Shown piece after piece: positions 35,739-47,426 of a stretch of DNA of 64,000 nucleotides. Location: assembly GCA_040437565.1 (NCBI GenBank), contig JBDOQK010000058.1:62001-126000 (forward strand). The letters are read 5' to 3'. A program made the translations under genes and the position numbers. The number at the start of each line of letters is the position of its first letter. The stretch's first letter is position 1. The stretch is from Albugo candida. Lineage: Eukaryota. The notes beneath the pieces are model-generated. The model was given only the letters and a program-made list of their open reading frames with translations, was not told the DNA's origin and searched no databases.

Positions 35739-37017
35739 ATGAAAGCAATGCGCGAAATGGCGCGATCTCTTTCCGCTCGCGTTCTCAGCCTCCATTTCCG
35801 CTGCATTTCTCCATCCTCTCACTGCCACTACACACACAAAAAGACCACAGTCCTCTTCTCCATACCACGCGCTTCCAACCACACACACGCATCGTCCACA
35901 AAAGTGAATCTTGTGCGCATAATGTCGCCTTTTATCCTGTGTTTGCATCCCGATACATGTCGACACTTCTCCGCCGAACACGCCGCCAGTAATGAGAACA
36001 CATTGAAGCAGCTAAACAGTTTCATCGCAATCGCGTCGCTTGGATGTAATTCCGACATTCAAACACTTCAAAAACGCCTCCAAACGGATTCATTTCTCAG
36101 AAATCAAAACATAATGCGATTCCCATTGGCTTTCTATGTGTCGGAATCGAATGGAAATGAGACGTCTTCGGCATCCCAATGCATACGATACACAATCAAT
36201 ATCCCATCGTCGCTATTGCGTCACACCCTCGCAGCCGATAGTGTCCAATCGATCCATTCCCTCGCAGACAATTGGCGTCGAATTACAAAAAGAATTCTTT
36301 CCGATCTTTCAATTGTGACAAAAATCCCATTCGCTGAACTTTCGCAATTGCAATTCGAATGCGAGGAATCGCCCGATTTCGCGCAACTTGGATCGATTTC
36401 TCGTTATAATCGACGACAATTCCGGCAAGTGGTTGACACTGCATCTCTCCAAAGCTCAATTTGTCACGTAGGCAGCATCAACGCTTCCAAAAAGATTTCG
36501 ATAAAGTGCTGAGACGTGAGAAATCTTTAATGCATCCAAAAGCGACGGGAAGAGAAGATGTTCCGCGTACGTGGAAATGATTGATATCAGTGAGATGCTA
36601 ATTGTCTTCTTCTCAGTTCACAACCATTCCATTTTGCATTCGCTGTTGTCCGAACGCGTCCGAGTCGAAAAACAAGTTGTCATTTCATCAGAATCCATCG
36701 AAAGAGAACATCACTATCTTGTCTTTGCATGGATCGCCAATACGCTTCTCATCCATTTCGAGCAGCTCGGACTCCATCGATTGGTTTGGAATAAGATATC
36801 TCTTCTTGTAATGTGTCGAAATGAATCCATACGCCACGGAATTCCACAAATTGTGTACAATGAGAGAAATCCACGACAAGGAATGACACTTTTGCTTCCA
36901 TTTGAAATGGAAACAACGCAATTGATCGAATTTCTGAGCAAACAATCGCACATTTTGGCAAAAGCTTTGGAATCGAAATCGCTAATTGCTCCAAAAACGA
37001 GCAAATGGAATCAATGA
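35739..37017 (+). CDS. TCAIM-like (DUF4460) mitochondrial protein
   Basis: Arg/Ser-rich presequence, then PFILCLHPD..NENTLKQLNSFI. Two short introns at ~36425/36429-36471/36475 and 36568-36615. Confidence 0.7.
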
Positions 37018-37027
37018 GACATTCCGT

Positions 37028-40000
37028 TCATCGAAAGTCACACGCGATGCAAATTTTCCCAATGACAACACCTTCCAATGGTTTTTGATGTTCCGTTTTC
37101 ACTTTCGGAGGCTTTAAAAGTCTCATTCGCACATCCAAATATCCAATGCATTGATCTTCTTTGTCCTTTTCGGCGCTGTAAAGCTTTAACGTATTCATTT
37201 CATTGCTTTCTTTCAGCGATTCGGTTGGGATGTTGAGCGTCGCATTTGCAAGCGATCCGTCGTGGAAAGTGCTTTTGTCTTTCACAGCGAATTGTGCATT
37301 GATAGTTCTTCTCGATGGATCATACACAAATGTGAATGTCTGATTCCATTCGGCAGTAGCGATACATTCTTTCTCGCCATGCTGTCCATTCGATGGAGAT
37401 GCGTACGTCGGCTTTGCAATCTCCGTCTTGCACATTGCTTGGCCCATACTGATGATCACATACGGCGACAAATTCGGATGATCTCGACGTATAAGTGCTC
37501 CCATTCCAAAGTTACTTGCACTCAGTGTCGATGTGTCAAAGTGATGCATTTTCGATACAGTGATTGCGACTTCATACAATTCCGCCATTCGATCTTTCGT
37601 CGACGCTTCTGCGGGCTTTAAAAGAGGATACTGCTTCTCGCGAACGTGATGACTTGAATTCTTGCTGGTGTCTCCGGGCTTGACGCCAGTCATGACCCAT
37701 TTCGCGAGATCGGAGCCGTATTTCGGAGGTCGAAAGTCTTCGCGTAATTGTTCGATTGTCAGAATCGATTGCCCGATCGCACGTTCGATGGTTCCGCCGT
37801 ATGTGTCGCGAACTTCCAATTGCACTTTTTTCTCACTTCCTTTGAGTTCAACAGCAGTCTTCTCTTGCCACGTTGGATTGCAAGTGTTGTACAGCGTTTT
37901 TGTTTTCAATATGACACGTCCATCCAATTCCACGACGCAAGACGCGTCGGTAGATCTTCCAGAGACGAGTTCCTTTGCAGCAATTACTTCCAAAACCATT
38001 TCTGTCGGTTTACTTTCAGTTTCGTCGTGTTCGTGTGCATCGATTGAATCTTTTCGAATTGTTGGCTTCACATAACGACGTCTTCCACCAAAAGGCGAGC
38101 GATCCACAACTGTCGATTGAACGCCAAGTGCCAGCGAGTGAGTCGTTGATGTGATTTGCTTTAGAATGACGACACCAGGACCAGCGATTCCTTGTACAGC
38201 TCCTTGCATCAGACCAGTGACACCACGTTTCATAGCGCCTTCCACAGGTTTTGTAATGATTCCCGTCACTCCTTTTCCGAAATCTTTAGCGAATTTAAGA
38301 CCTCCATCTAAAACGCCAATGCCTGTCGTCCCCGGACTCGAATCTTCGCTACAATCCGAGTTGCGATGTGCTGTTTCTTCATCTGCAAATTCTCCGATAA
38401 AACGATCCAACGATCCAGTAATTTTTGTGATTGTATCGGCACCTGATTTCGCAAGAGTTTTGCCCAACACGCGAACACCTTCGCCGCGTGTTTGTGCGTC
38501 GCCAGTGACTTCATCTTTTGTGATTTTGAAAAACTCAATGACACCAGAACCGAGATCTTCGACAAGTCCAATTGGATCACCGATGATATCCGCACTTCCG
38601 ATCAGACGATACGCTTGCACAACTGCTTGCCGTACGAAATTCTGTATCAATTGATTTTTGAGTCTTTCTTTGGTCGAAAAGCAGCGTGCAATGACAATTT
38701 GATTAAAGCGTAAATACGGTGAGCCGCCCAAATTCGATCCAATAAGTCCAACCACTTGACTCAGTAATCCAAATACAACCGAATGACTGCCGCCTTGCGT
38801 CGTTGAAACGATATCTTTCCGCGTCAGAATGTATTCGAGATCCACCGATAACGCGTGAATACGCAAAAGATCAAAGTAAATCGCATTGCTTCGGATATTC
38901 TCATCCGCACTGAACAACGTCATGGAAGGAGCTGTTCGTTTCAAAGTCTTCTCACGCATTCGTCTTGATGTCGCAAGTATTATTTTACTCGATGAGAAAT
39001 AGGGATCCAAAAGCTTGACGAGGCTGAACACGTAATCCAAATCGATTTTGACGCAAATACTTCCAAGATTCACATCGAGAAGTTTGAAAATACCGATTTT
39101 CGCGCTTAGATCGGCTTCCAATGAGATTTGAAATAACGGAGCCGCATCTTCGTTTGTTGATTTGACGGAGAAGCCCGAGTTCAGCGGGTTTAGAATCACA
39201 GGAAATCGAGCAGTTGACAGCATGTTATCGACTTGACAATGGAAAATGGAGCATTTCCACGCGAGAGACGAAGCGCTTTTCTGAATTTGAAGAAGATCGA
39301 CGGAAATCAATAGGATTTCCTGTGGCAATGCGTCAAATAAAGAGAGTCCAATTCCAAGAAATCGAATATCAAACACCGACGCGTAAAGCACTTTGCGTTG
39401 CTGTAATTCGACCACAAGTTCTGCCTCTTGACTTTCAAATTGACGCAATTCCACGTCCTTCTCAATCAGTTTCAGCACTCGCGTGTTCTCTGCGACGAAA
39501 ACTTGCACTGAAATCTCACTGCATCGAGTCGTTTTTTCCGTCGGAATTTCTATTTTCAGTGGTGTCTGATAGCCAACATAATCGAGATCGAGTTTCTGCG
39601 GCAAAGTCTTCCCATTACAATGCGTCACACGCACTTCAATCATCCGCTCTTTGGATGCTGGATTGTGCCAAGCAAGTGCACGCCATCGACCCGATTTGAC
39701 AACTTCTTTAGACTCGCGTTCGGTGCCTGAGAAAAGAGAACCAGACGATCCCAATTGACAATATTCGATAGAGAACGGCGTGTAGTTTTCGATTCGATAC
39801 GGTGGCGCAGTTGATACATCGCTCAGAATGACGTAAACGTACATATCCACAATTTGAATGCTCGCAAGGCAAATGATCATTTGCTTCCGTGTCGGAGAGT
39901 ATAATTGGAAGTACATATCGGACGCGACAGTAAGCGGAATCACAAATGACCACCCGTTTCCATGATCCCACTTCTCTGTGAAGGAAATCGACATAAACTT

Positions 40001-43000
40001 ATTCGCTTTGGCGGTCGAGTCTTTCCGTAAAGAGGCGAAATGATACAACGGAACGACCTCATCGTCTTTCAATCCGATTCGAACTCGACTGACGTCTTCT
40101 GCGTTTCTCTTTTTGAATGGATCCATCACTTTCTCACTTGACGACTCGGAACTGCTGAATACTTGCAGCCAAATGTCTTGTTTCAGACGATTTTGCACAA
40201 AATAGCGCGGACTCAATGTCAATGCAATTGTGCTTTCAAAAACGCCGTATAAACCTTCAATTTTGACTGCAATCACATTGGCACCGCATACACATTCGCC
40301 TTCAGTGCTTATCGCTGTTGTGTTGATGGGATCACACCACGTGCTATTCTCGAGTATCTGATCGTTGAGTGGGATTTTGGCAAAGATAGAGTCGCTGATG
40401 GAACCAATTGCTGTCCAAGATTGCGGGAGTTCAGACTTGAGTTTTGCAGGACGGAGACGCAGTCGATTCTCCGGCAGTTCAGTGATTACTGGATACTGGA
40501 ATTCAGCTGACTGTGGGACTTCGACTGCATTTTTCGGCGAGTACATAAGGTCGAGAGACGTGTTGTTGACGATCCAATACGACACTGAGAAACGAACCAT
40601 TCGAGGATGACTCGAGTCTGTGAGTCGATCCATGTTGAATTGAACGTCTTTAGACACCGAAATGATCTCACGTTTGGTTGGAAAGTGATCGACTGCTCCG
40701 TGAACAGCCATAAGGAGTGCTCGTGACCACGGAGAAACCATTTTTCCAACACTTGTTGTGGCGACTAGACGAACGCAAAGGTATCCTGGCAGCATGCAAG
40801 ATATCTCAGACACTTCAGCGTCTTGTCCTGACTCAATTGTCCCATGAACGACATTGTCTGATTCGCCTGCGTGTAATTCCGACTCGACTTTCTCCAAAAG
40901 TGTCCGTGGACTCCATTTCGTTGTTTGTACTTGATACTCAAGGAACCGATATTCCAGACGATATGGAAGCGAATTGCGCAATACAAACGCGGGTAAAATG
41001 CATAATTCCCACTCGAAATGTGTGCGTAAATGCCATCGACGAAGAATGACAGTTGGGGACAATTGCTTGATAAATGTCGCACTGCTATCTTCGGTTTCGC
41101 CATATACGATCGCTCCGCCTTTGCGTTGTGCCAGCTTGTTGTCTTTCGATTCTTGAGCGATTTCAATCTCTCTGACCACTGCTTCCGATACAAAGAACTC
41201 GTTACTCATTTTTGNNNNNNNNNNNNNNNNNNNNNNNNNNNNNNNNNNNNNNNNNNNNNNNNNNNNNNNNNNNNNNNNNNNNNNNNNNNNNNNNNNNNNN
41301 NNNNNNNNNNNNNNATCCATGTTGAATTGAACGTCTTTAGACACCGAAATGATCTCACGTTTGGTTGGAAAGTGATCGACTGCTCCGTGAACAGCCATAA
41401 GGAGTGCTCGTGACCACGGAGAAACCATTTTTCCAACACTTGTTGTGGCGACTAGACGAACGCAAAGGTATCCTGGCAGCATGCAAGATATCTCAGACAC
41501 TTCAGCGTCTTGTCCTGACTCAATTGTCCCATGAACGACATTGTCTGATTCGCCTGCGTGTAATTCCGACTCGACTTTCTCCAAAAGTGTCCGTGGACTC
41601 CATTTCGTTGTTTGTACTTGATACTCAAGGAACCGATATTCCAGACGATATGGAAGCGAATTGCGCAATACAAACGCGGGTAAAATGCATAATTCCCACT
41701 CGAAATGTGTGCGTAAATGCCATCGACGAAGAATGACAGTTGGGGACAATTGCTTGATAAATGTCGCACTGCTATCTTCGGTTTCGCCATATACGATCGC
41801 TCCGCCTTTGCGTTGTGCCAGCTTGTTGTCTTTCCATTCTTGAGCGATTTCAATCTCTCTGACCACTGCTTCCGATACAAAGAACTCGTTACTCATTTTT
41901 GCTTTGACGATCCAATCTTGAAAATGCTCCGGACGAGCTTTGAAAGCGGTACTTCCCATAAGCACTGATATCGGTAGTGCGTGATGCCCGCCTGAACGCA
42001 ATTCGATTGGTGTCGCTTCTTTGTACCCTTCGGTGTCGTAATGAACGGTGTACTTGTCTGCTGTCGCATTGGCGATATAAACGCTGGACTTGAATGTAAT
42101 GCATCTCCGTAGAGGATCCTCCAGGCGACAGCTTATTGTCAAATGTAATGTTTCTTTTCCGTTATCGAAAGCTCTGATCGGCGCGTTGATATTCCCATAA
42201 GACGGTAACAAAATGGACGAATGTAATTGTCCATAATTCACAATTTCGAGCCCTTTCAGTTTGTGTGGTGGATTCGTTAATGCTTTCTCGCGCGTGTACA
42301 CTCGTCCATTCGGTTCTAATTCAAGTGGATCACCTTCACCCGTTCCGATTTTGAGCGTGGATCCGGTCAGATTCTGGATTAAGATTTCATCTCCAAGTCG
42401 ACTTCGCGTTCCAGGAAGGTTATGTGGCTCATGCACTTGTTCCGTCATGCGTTTTTCCACATTATCGTCGACGAGCTCGGAGATGGATTGATATACTTTC
42501 AAAAGACTTGGTGAGACATTAATTTGAAAGCGTTCTTGAGCTTCCATCAGTACAGATACGCCGCTCTCTCCTTCTTCGGAAGATAAACCAGCAAGTACTT
42601 GCCAAGGCTCTACACAATACTCCACGGATTCCACCAAATCATTGTAAAATGTCGATGAGATTTTCGCACTAAATAAAAACGCCCATTCTGTCGACTCCGC
42701 ACTGAGGATCTTGGCGACATTTAATTTTTGAAGTGGGATGATGTCTCTCGCAAAGAACGAGATTGAGCAACGCACATCGCCGATGAACAGATTGGCTCGA
42801 CTGTATTTGCTTGGGATATCGGTGTCCAATAACATCGACTCGATAGCTCCGATTTCAAAGCGAGTTGACACGCGTAGTTTCTTTGTTTCAGATTGACCTT
42901 GGCGATTGTCGAGTTGTCCTGATCCAGCACAGAGAATCTCGACTTCTGCTTCTTCTAGCTCGCTGGCACGAACAGCGAAAAGCTCCTCACGTTTCTTCCT

Positions 43001-46000
43001 TGTTAAAACGCTTATCGCGTCCATATACTCGCTGCTTCCACCACAATGCATGTACGATTTGAGCATCCAGTCGAGAACAGGTCGATCATTTTTCTTCAGT
43101 TCTGGTGAGATAAGTGAGCTCCATACGAGTTCGGCCGCTCGGTAATTCTTCAAGAGCCTGACGAGCTTCTTTTGCGTTGTCAAATAAGAGCTTTCAATAC
43201 AATTTCGACTTTGACGCGTCTCTGTCTCATAAAGGGTCCAAAACTGTTCTATAAATGTGGGCAACGTAATTGTATATCCCAACTCCTTTTCAGTGTCGAT
43301 GCGTTTCCCAGCGATTTTGCTCACTTCTTCAAAGGAAGTGTACTCTCCAGCTCGAAGATCCAACGAGCCATATAAATCACCATTCCGATCGAGATTACAA
43401 TTTCGAAGTTTGGCACAAGTCAATGTCGATCGAAGAAACGAATCCATTTCTGCAAATTCGATATTGCCACGTCCATCGTGATCGATCGTTGCATATAGAT
43501 CCCGCATAAAGCTCACCAATTCGTGTGTCAGTAGATCTTCTCCAATGTGAGCATGACGGACAAGTTGCATCAGATCATCAAAGCTCACGCGACCGCTTTC
43601 ATCGGATCCAACCTGCTTCCAAAGCCGTCGTATTCTCTCCACAGCAACATCCATTTCCGTCTGTTCTCGCAATTGGCCTTGACGAATCTCACTCTCGACT
43701 TTTAGTCGCTGTTGCTCATTTGTTGTCACGTGAATTGATTGAAGTGCTTTCCAGCAAGAAGCAGCCAAGGTGACACTCTGATTGGAAAATCCAATGGTAA
43801 CATCGGGCGAACGGAAGGTGATATCTGCGAGAGCTAGGAATGCATCCGTTGTGTCTTGTTCCAGTCGGTAGCGACAGCCATAAGCGGCAGGAGTTAGCAC
43901 ACTCTCATTGTGATGTTCATTGTCGTCGTCTGATGGAATTGCTGCTTTGTATTGAGCTAAGATTCCGAATTCAGTGATATCAATTTCAAACTCCTCTTCA
44001 TCTGCGGAACTTTTCACGCCAACTTGTATGGTGATCGGAATATCCAAACAGTTTCTTAGAGTGCTGTTACGAGCGTCGCCGTGTGGAGTGTGCAACTTGT
44101 CAAATTCAGCCGTTGGAAGAAGAAGCAGACGAACATTGTTGATCGCTGCTTTCACTTGTAGTTCTCTTCCACCGAGAATTGTAAACGGTGCAAGATGGGG
44201 TAAATCAAAGACGGATTGCTGTGGTGTACTGGTTTCCAAAGCATTGACATCCGTAACCGGACGAGCGATCGATAGGGAATGAATGGCTCGACTAAAAAAG
44301 TTCGCCACAAATAATAGGAATGATTCCAGAGGCTCTGCCTTTAAAAGGAAAGTCAGATCCGAAACGTCTGCAGTGATTGCTTGTAATCCCGACGAGAATA
44401 GCTGCACATTCATCGTGATCATCCGAGCTGTACGAGTATCATCCTCTTGTGCAGTGTCGGCGTAAAATAACCGATCGGCAGCGGCATCCACGCCTCCTGT
44501 GATGCTGTCAGACCTTTTAGCAACGAGTGATGTTTGCTCCAGCGTCAAATCAGCCTCCACACACGGTATGGATGTATCACTTGGATGTGTCGTCATTGTC
44601 AAATTTCCACCGAGATTCTCAAAGAGCATATGTGCTACCTCCTCATAGTTTCTCATGCTGAAAAGAATCTTCACTTTTTTCACAAGAAGCGTAGCCTCCA
44701 TTTTGGCAAACTTTGTAAACTCTGGTTTCGCGCTATGGTGCTCTAACATTGCTTTGAGGTCAGCGGTAGACACTCCTTCTCCCACTTGAACTTCAGATGA
44801 GGCATTCAGAATACGCGACCATCCGTGTGCAGCATCTCGAAGTTTCAAAATGTCATCCAAAAGTAAATTTGATTCAATAGAATAGATTTTCTCCGCGATT
44901 CCTTGCTTTTCAGCAGCAGAAAGTTTGCTGGTTGTCTCAGATTTTTGACAATGCGTGATGTAAAATTCACGATCTTCTTCGTTTAATTGATATCCACGGC
45001 TTTGTTCATCGGCGAGCTGTTTCAGTGTATCGATTGACGTACGATTGTTCAAAAAAGGAACGCAGAATGCTTGTAAGATGTCCATGCTGACTTGTGTTTG
45101 CAATTGTATAGTTTCGACTTGATCAAACATTACATCTACTCGTCCTTGACGATGCAAGTATGGTATCGGTGAAACATCGGGATCAACAAGTCCAAGCAAT
45201 CGAGGAATTGGAGGTACAGATACATCCAATCCAATGATTGGTATCGAAAGTATGTCAACCCGAGTTTCTTTGTCTAATTTATCGCCCTTCCGTTCCGAAA
45301 TACTGATTTTGCTGATTTGTGCTTTATAGGCAACTTTAACCTGTGATGACATTAACAAGTCGTCCAACGCATGGTCTTCCCGATCGCTATGAATGACCGT
45401 ACGCAACTCCATTTTCTCAAGTGAAAATCCCAATTCCAATCCAATTTTTGGCGATGTCTCATCAACGCGCTTGAGAATAGACTCACCATTTCTTTTATTC
45501 GTTTCCTCCATCGAGACGGACGATGATTTGAGAACTAAATCGACATTCTTGACACGTACTTCAATCTGTCCAAAAATCATCTGCAGCACTCGATCTTTGA
45601 GTGTAAATTTCCGAGCGGGACTCAGCCCAAAACAATTTGCATCAGTTCCATTGCTTTGATCATTTCCTTCTGTTTCGGACACTGATGTTTTGACAATTTG
45701 TGACTCAAATTGCTTCCGCCCTTCATTCTCCTTCAACTCTTGCTCTACTGCTTCTTGAAATATTTCGCTCCAATTAGCAGCCTCTTTCAATTTCAATGCG
45801 ATCACATCGTTAATTTCCAACGCTGCCAGTGCCGCAGGTTGTAGCACACTTCCCATAACCTTAATATCATCCACTTCGACAACAATGTGCCACGTTGACG
45901 CGATATGAATTGTGACGCAATTGATTTCCGCTTTTTCGATTTGAATGGGCGCAATCGCTTTCTTATCCAAAGCGAATGTGCTCAGCCAACTTTTCTTACA

Positions 46001-46267
46001 TTTGATATCGTGCGCGGCCAAAGAAAAACCGCGTAATTTGCTTTGGTGAGAAGCATTTCCTTCTTCTTTGCGCGTTGAAGTTTGTGCATTAAATGTACCG
46101 ATCCAAAAGTCCAAACGAAGGCAAGAGTGAATGTAATTACCAGTAAATCGGTACACGAGTTTCGTGAGTAAAGGAAAGACTGTAAATCTGGCCAACGGCG
46201 GGATAAAGCAGCAGAAGAGGGGGAGAAGGACGGATGTTGCGATCGCTACGATCACAAGCAGCATGTT
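37028..46267 (-). CDS. VPS13: VPS13-family bridge-like lipid transfer protein with EF-hands, VAB/SHR-BD region and C-terminal C2 domains
   Basis: Intronless giant ORF (3103 aa including gap and duplication). Motifs: FYNDLVESVEYCVEPW, YWIVNNTSL, TLSPRYFVQNRL, PPYRIENYT, QVDNML, IGSADIIGDPIGLV, KGVTGIITKPVEGA. The start could be up to 46339. Confidence 0.92.
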   Translation of the reverse strand, partial: NMLLVIVAIATSVLLPLFCCFIPPLARFTVFPLLTKLVYRFTGNYIHSCLRLDFWIGTFNAQTSTRKEEGNASHQSKLRGFSLAAHDIKCKKSWLSTFALDKKAIAPIQIEKAEINCVTIHIASTWHIVVEVDDIKVMGSVLQPAALAALEINDVIALKLKEAANWSEIFQEAVEQELKENEGRKQFESQIVKTSVSETEGNDQSNGTDANCFGLSPARKFTLKDRVLQMIFGQIEVRVKNVDLVLKSSSVSMEETNKRNGESILKRVDETSPKIGLELGFSLEKMELRTVIHSDREDHALDDLLMSSQVKVAYKAQISKISISERKGDKLDKETRVDILSIPIIGLDVSVPPIPRLLGLVDPDVSPIPYLHRQGRVDVMFDQVETIQLQTQVSMDILQAFCVPFLNNRTSIDTLKQLADEQSRGYQLNEEDREFYITHCQKSETTSKLSAAEKQGIAEKIYSIESNLLLDDILKLRDAAHGWSRILNASSEVQVGEGVSTADLKAMLEHHSAKPEFTKFAKMEATLLVKKVKILFSMRNYEEVAHMLFENLGGNLTMTTHPSDTSIPCVEADLTLEQTSLVAKRSDSITGGVDAAADRLFYADTAQEDDTRTARMITMNVQLFSSGLQAITADVSDLTFLLKAEPLESFLLFVANFFSRAIHSLSIARPVTDVNALETSTPQQSVFDLPHLAPFTILGGRELQVKAAINNVRLLLLPTAEFDKLHTPHGDARNSTLRNCLDIPITIQVGVKSSADEEEFEIDITEFGILAQYKAAIPSDDDNEHHNESVLTPAAYGCRYRLEQDTTDAFLALADITFRSPDVTIGFSNQSVTLAASCWKALQSIHVTTNEQQRLKVESEIRQGQLREQTEMDVAVERIRRLWKQVGSDESGRVSFDDLMQLVRHAHIGEDLLTHELVSFMRDLYATIDHDGRGNIEFAEMDSFLRSTLTCAKLRNCNLDRNGDLYGSLDLRAGEYTSFEEVSKIAGKRIDTEKELGYTITLPTFIEQFWTLYETETRQSRNCIESSYLTTQKKLVRLLKNYRAAELVWSSLISPELKKNDRPVLDWMLKSYMHCGGSSEYMDAISVLTRKKREELFAVRASELEEAEVEILCAGSGQLDNRQGQSETKKLRVSTRFEIGAIESMLLDTDIPSKYSRANLFIGDVRCSISFFARDIIPLQKLNVAKILSAESTEWAFLFSAKISSTFYNDLVESVEYCVEPWQVLAGLSSEEGESGVSVLMEAQERFQINVSPSLLKVYQSISELVDDNVEKRMTEQVHEPHNLPGTRSRLGDEILIQNLTGSTLKIGTGEGDPLELEPNGRVYTREKALTNPPHKLKGLEIVNYGQLHSSILLPSYGNINAPIRAFDNGKETLHLTISCRLEDPLRRCITFKSSVYIANATADKYTVHYDTEGYKEATPIELRSGGHHALPISVLMGSTAFKARPEHFQDWIVKAKMSNEFFVSEAVVREIEIAQEWKDNKLAQRKGGAIVYGETEDSSATFIKQLSPTVILRRWHLRTHFEWELCILPAFVLRNSLPYRLEYRFLEYQVQTTKWSPRTLLEKVESELHAGESDNVVHGTIESGQDAEVSEISCMLPGYLCVRLVATTSVGKMVSPWSRALLMAVHGAVDHFPTKREIISVSKDVQFNMDXXXXXXXXXXXXXXXXXXXXXXXXXXXXXXXXXXKMSNEFFVSEAVVREIEIAQESKDNKLAQRKGGAIVYGETEDSSATFIKQLSPTVILRRWHLRTHFEWELCILPAFVLRNSLPYRLEYRFLEYQVQTTKWSPRTLLEKVESELHAGESDNVVHGTIESGQDAEVSEISCMLPGYLCVRLVATTSVGKMVSPWSRALLMAVHGAVDHFPTKREIISVSKDVQFNMDRLTDSSHPRMVRFSVSYWIVNNTSLDLMYSPKNAVEVPQSAEFQYPVITELPENRLRLRPAKLKSELPQSWTAIGSISDSIFAKIPLNDQILENSTWCDPINTTAISTEGECVCGANVIAVKIEGLYGVFESTIALTLSPRYFVQNRLKQDIWLQVFSSSESSSEKVMDPFKKRNAEDVSRVRIGLKDDEVVPLYHFASLRKDSTAKANKFMSISFTEKWDHGNGWSFVIPLTVASDMYFQLYSPTRKQMIICLASIQIVDMYVYVILSDVSTAPPYRIENYTPFSIEYCQLGSSGSLFSGTERESKEVVKSGRWRALAWHNPASKERMIEVRVTHCNGKTLPQKLDLDYVGYQTPLKIEIPTEKTTRCSEISVQVFVAENTRVLKLIEKDVELRQFESQEAELVVELQQRKVLYASVFDIRFLGIGLSLFDALPQEILLISVDLLQIQKSASSLAWKCSIFHCQVDNMLSTARFPVILNPLNSGFSVKSTNEDAAPLFQISLEADLSAKIGIFKLLDVNLGSICVKIDLDYVFSLVKLLDPYFSSSKIILATSRRMREKTLKRTAPSMTLFSADENIRSNAIYFDLLRIHALSVDLEYILTRKDIVSTTQGGSHSVVFGLLSQVVGLIGSNLGGSPYLRFNQIVIARCFSTKERLKNQLIQNFVRQAVVQAYRLIGSADIIGDPIGLVEDLGSGVIEFFKITKDEVTGDAQTRGEGVRVLGKTLAKSGADTITKITGSLDRFIGEFADEETAHRNSDCSEDSSPGTTGIGVLDGGLKFAKDFGKGVTGIITKPVEGAMKRGVTGLMQGAVQGIAGPGVVILKQITSTTHSLALGVQSTVVDRSPFGGRRRYVKPTIRKDSIDAHEHDETESKPTEMVLEVIAAKELVSGRSTDASCVVELDGRVILKTKTLYNTCNPTWQEKTAVELKGSEKKVQLEVRDTYGGTIERAIGQSILTIEQLREDFRPPKYGSDLAKWVMTGVKPGDTSKNSSHHVREKQYPLLKPAEASTKDRMAELYEVAITVSKMHHFDTSTLSASNFGMGALIRRDHPNLSPYVIISMGQAMCKTEIAKPTYASPSNGQHGEKECIATAEWNQTFTFVYDPSRRTINAQFAVKDKSTFHDGSLANATLNIPTESLKESNEMNTLKLYSAEKDKEDQCIGYLDVRMRLLKPPKVKTEHQKPLEGVVIGKICIACDFR
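40628..41901. repeat. Gap-flanking direct duplication (40628-41214 = 41315-41901)
   Basis: 587 nt repeated across the gap at 41215-41314, with one mismatch (G41148 / C41835, Ser vs Trp). Confidence 0.9.
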
Positions 46268-47135
46268 CCCTTCCAGTTTATGGTCAAACGTGGTGGACAC
46301 TTGGGAAAGCGATTGGGCGTTCTTTATGGAATGTATCACCCTTGGATCTTTGATGTCGGTTGTGTACCTTCGTACGACATCTGAATGTCACACGGAATCT
46401 AGAAACCTATCGAGTTGTTTTTCGACTTTTGGAATCAAACAGTCGGATTGCGGGGTGTGCCAATTCATCAATTGTTCTACTCGTCCTTTCATTTATTACA
46501 GGCACTGTGTACTAATGCGGTACAATTGCTGACTAAGTTGACTTTTTTGCCATGTGTTTCCTGATACATATGTGAAACATTCATAGAATCCCCTACTTGG
46601 GAGAGGTGAGCAACATGCACGCGCAAGTCAATTCTTTTTTATGGTCCAATCTCTTAAGTATTGTCCATTCTATGCGAAAAATTTATTAGCTACATATAAA
46701 GATAAAGAGTGTACGTTTCTGAAACTGCACACACACATCTACTGAGACATGCATGCTCGGTATAGTAAGAGACTGTCAGTATTTGGATACTATAAATGGT
46801 CGGTCGATAAAGTTAAACTTATGTCCGGAACGAATCCGAATTCGCAGATCCCAGCCCCTAACCAGTTCCGTCCGCCCTAAAACAATATTGCCTAGCAATA
46901 CAAACATCAAGTATATACTCTCTTAGAATGCAACCGACCAACTGCTTACGTCAGTCTCATGTGTAACAATTCACCGACCATCAAACGTTTTGATGACCCA
47001 ATCTATATACAAATCGAGAATATTACGACTATCAAGTTCGACCGACCAGCTGTGGTTTAATTTTCTCGGTTTGTTTCGAAATTGTTTGAGCGGAGCTCAT
47101 TATCACAATTACTTTGTATTGATCATTTACAAAAT

Positions 47136-47426
47136 ATGACTTTATGCGTAATATCGCCGATTGATACATCTGAGAAATGCTTCTCGCGCAAGCGTGGACA
47201 TGCTCAAGTTGAGGATCTGGCTATCTGGGAACCCATTGAGTGTGGATCGAATGAATTGGACGATGATCTGAGTTGGGAATTGGAAATGGAAAACACTAAA
47301 CGACATTGCCACCGCAACGAGATTTTCATTGGTCTGAAATGGGACGTCAAAGTTATAGAAAGTCAATTAGTCGAAGCGGAAGCCAAGTTGCGCGATTTGA
47401 AAGCACTCCTATTATCAGCGCAATGA
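47136..47426 (+). CDS. Small hypothetical protein with C-terminal coiled coil
   Basis: ORF ending VKVIESQLVEAEAKLRDLKALLL. The start is uncertain. Confidence 0.45.
   Translation: MTLCVISPIDTSEKCFSRKRGHAQVEDLAIWEPIECGSNELDDDLSWELEMENTKRHCHRNEIFIGLKWDVKVIESQLVEAEAKLRDLKALLLSAQ

Noticed and set aside
35665-35806. N-terminus MQRKWRLRTRAER.. of the cyclin-kinase ORF
   Set aside because: It is joined only through an arbitrary 100-N gap and is antisense to the TCAIM-like start.
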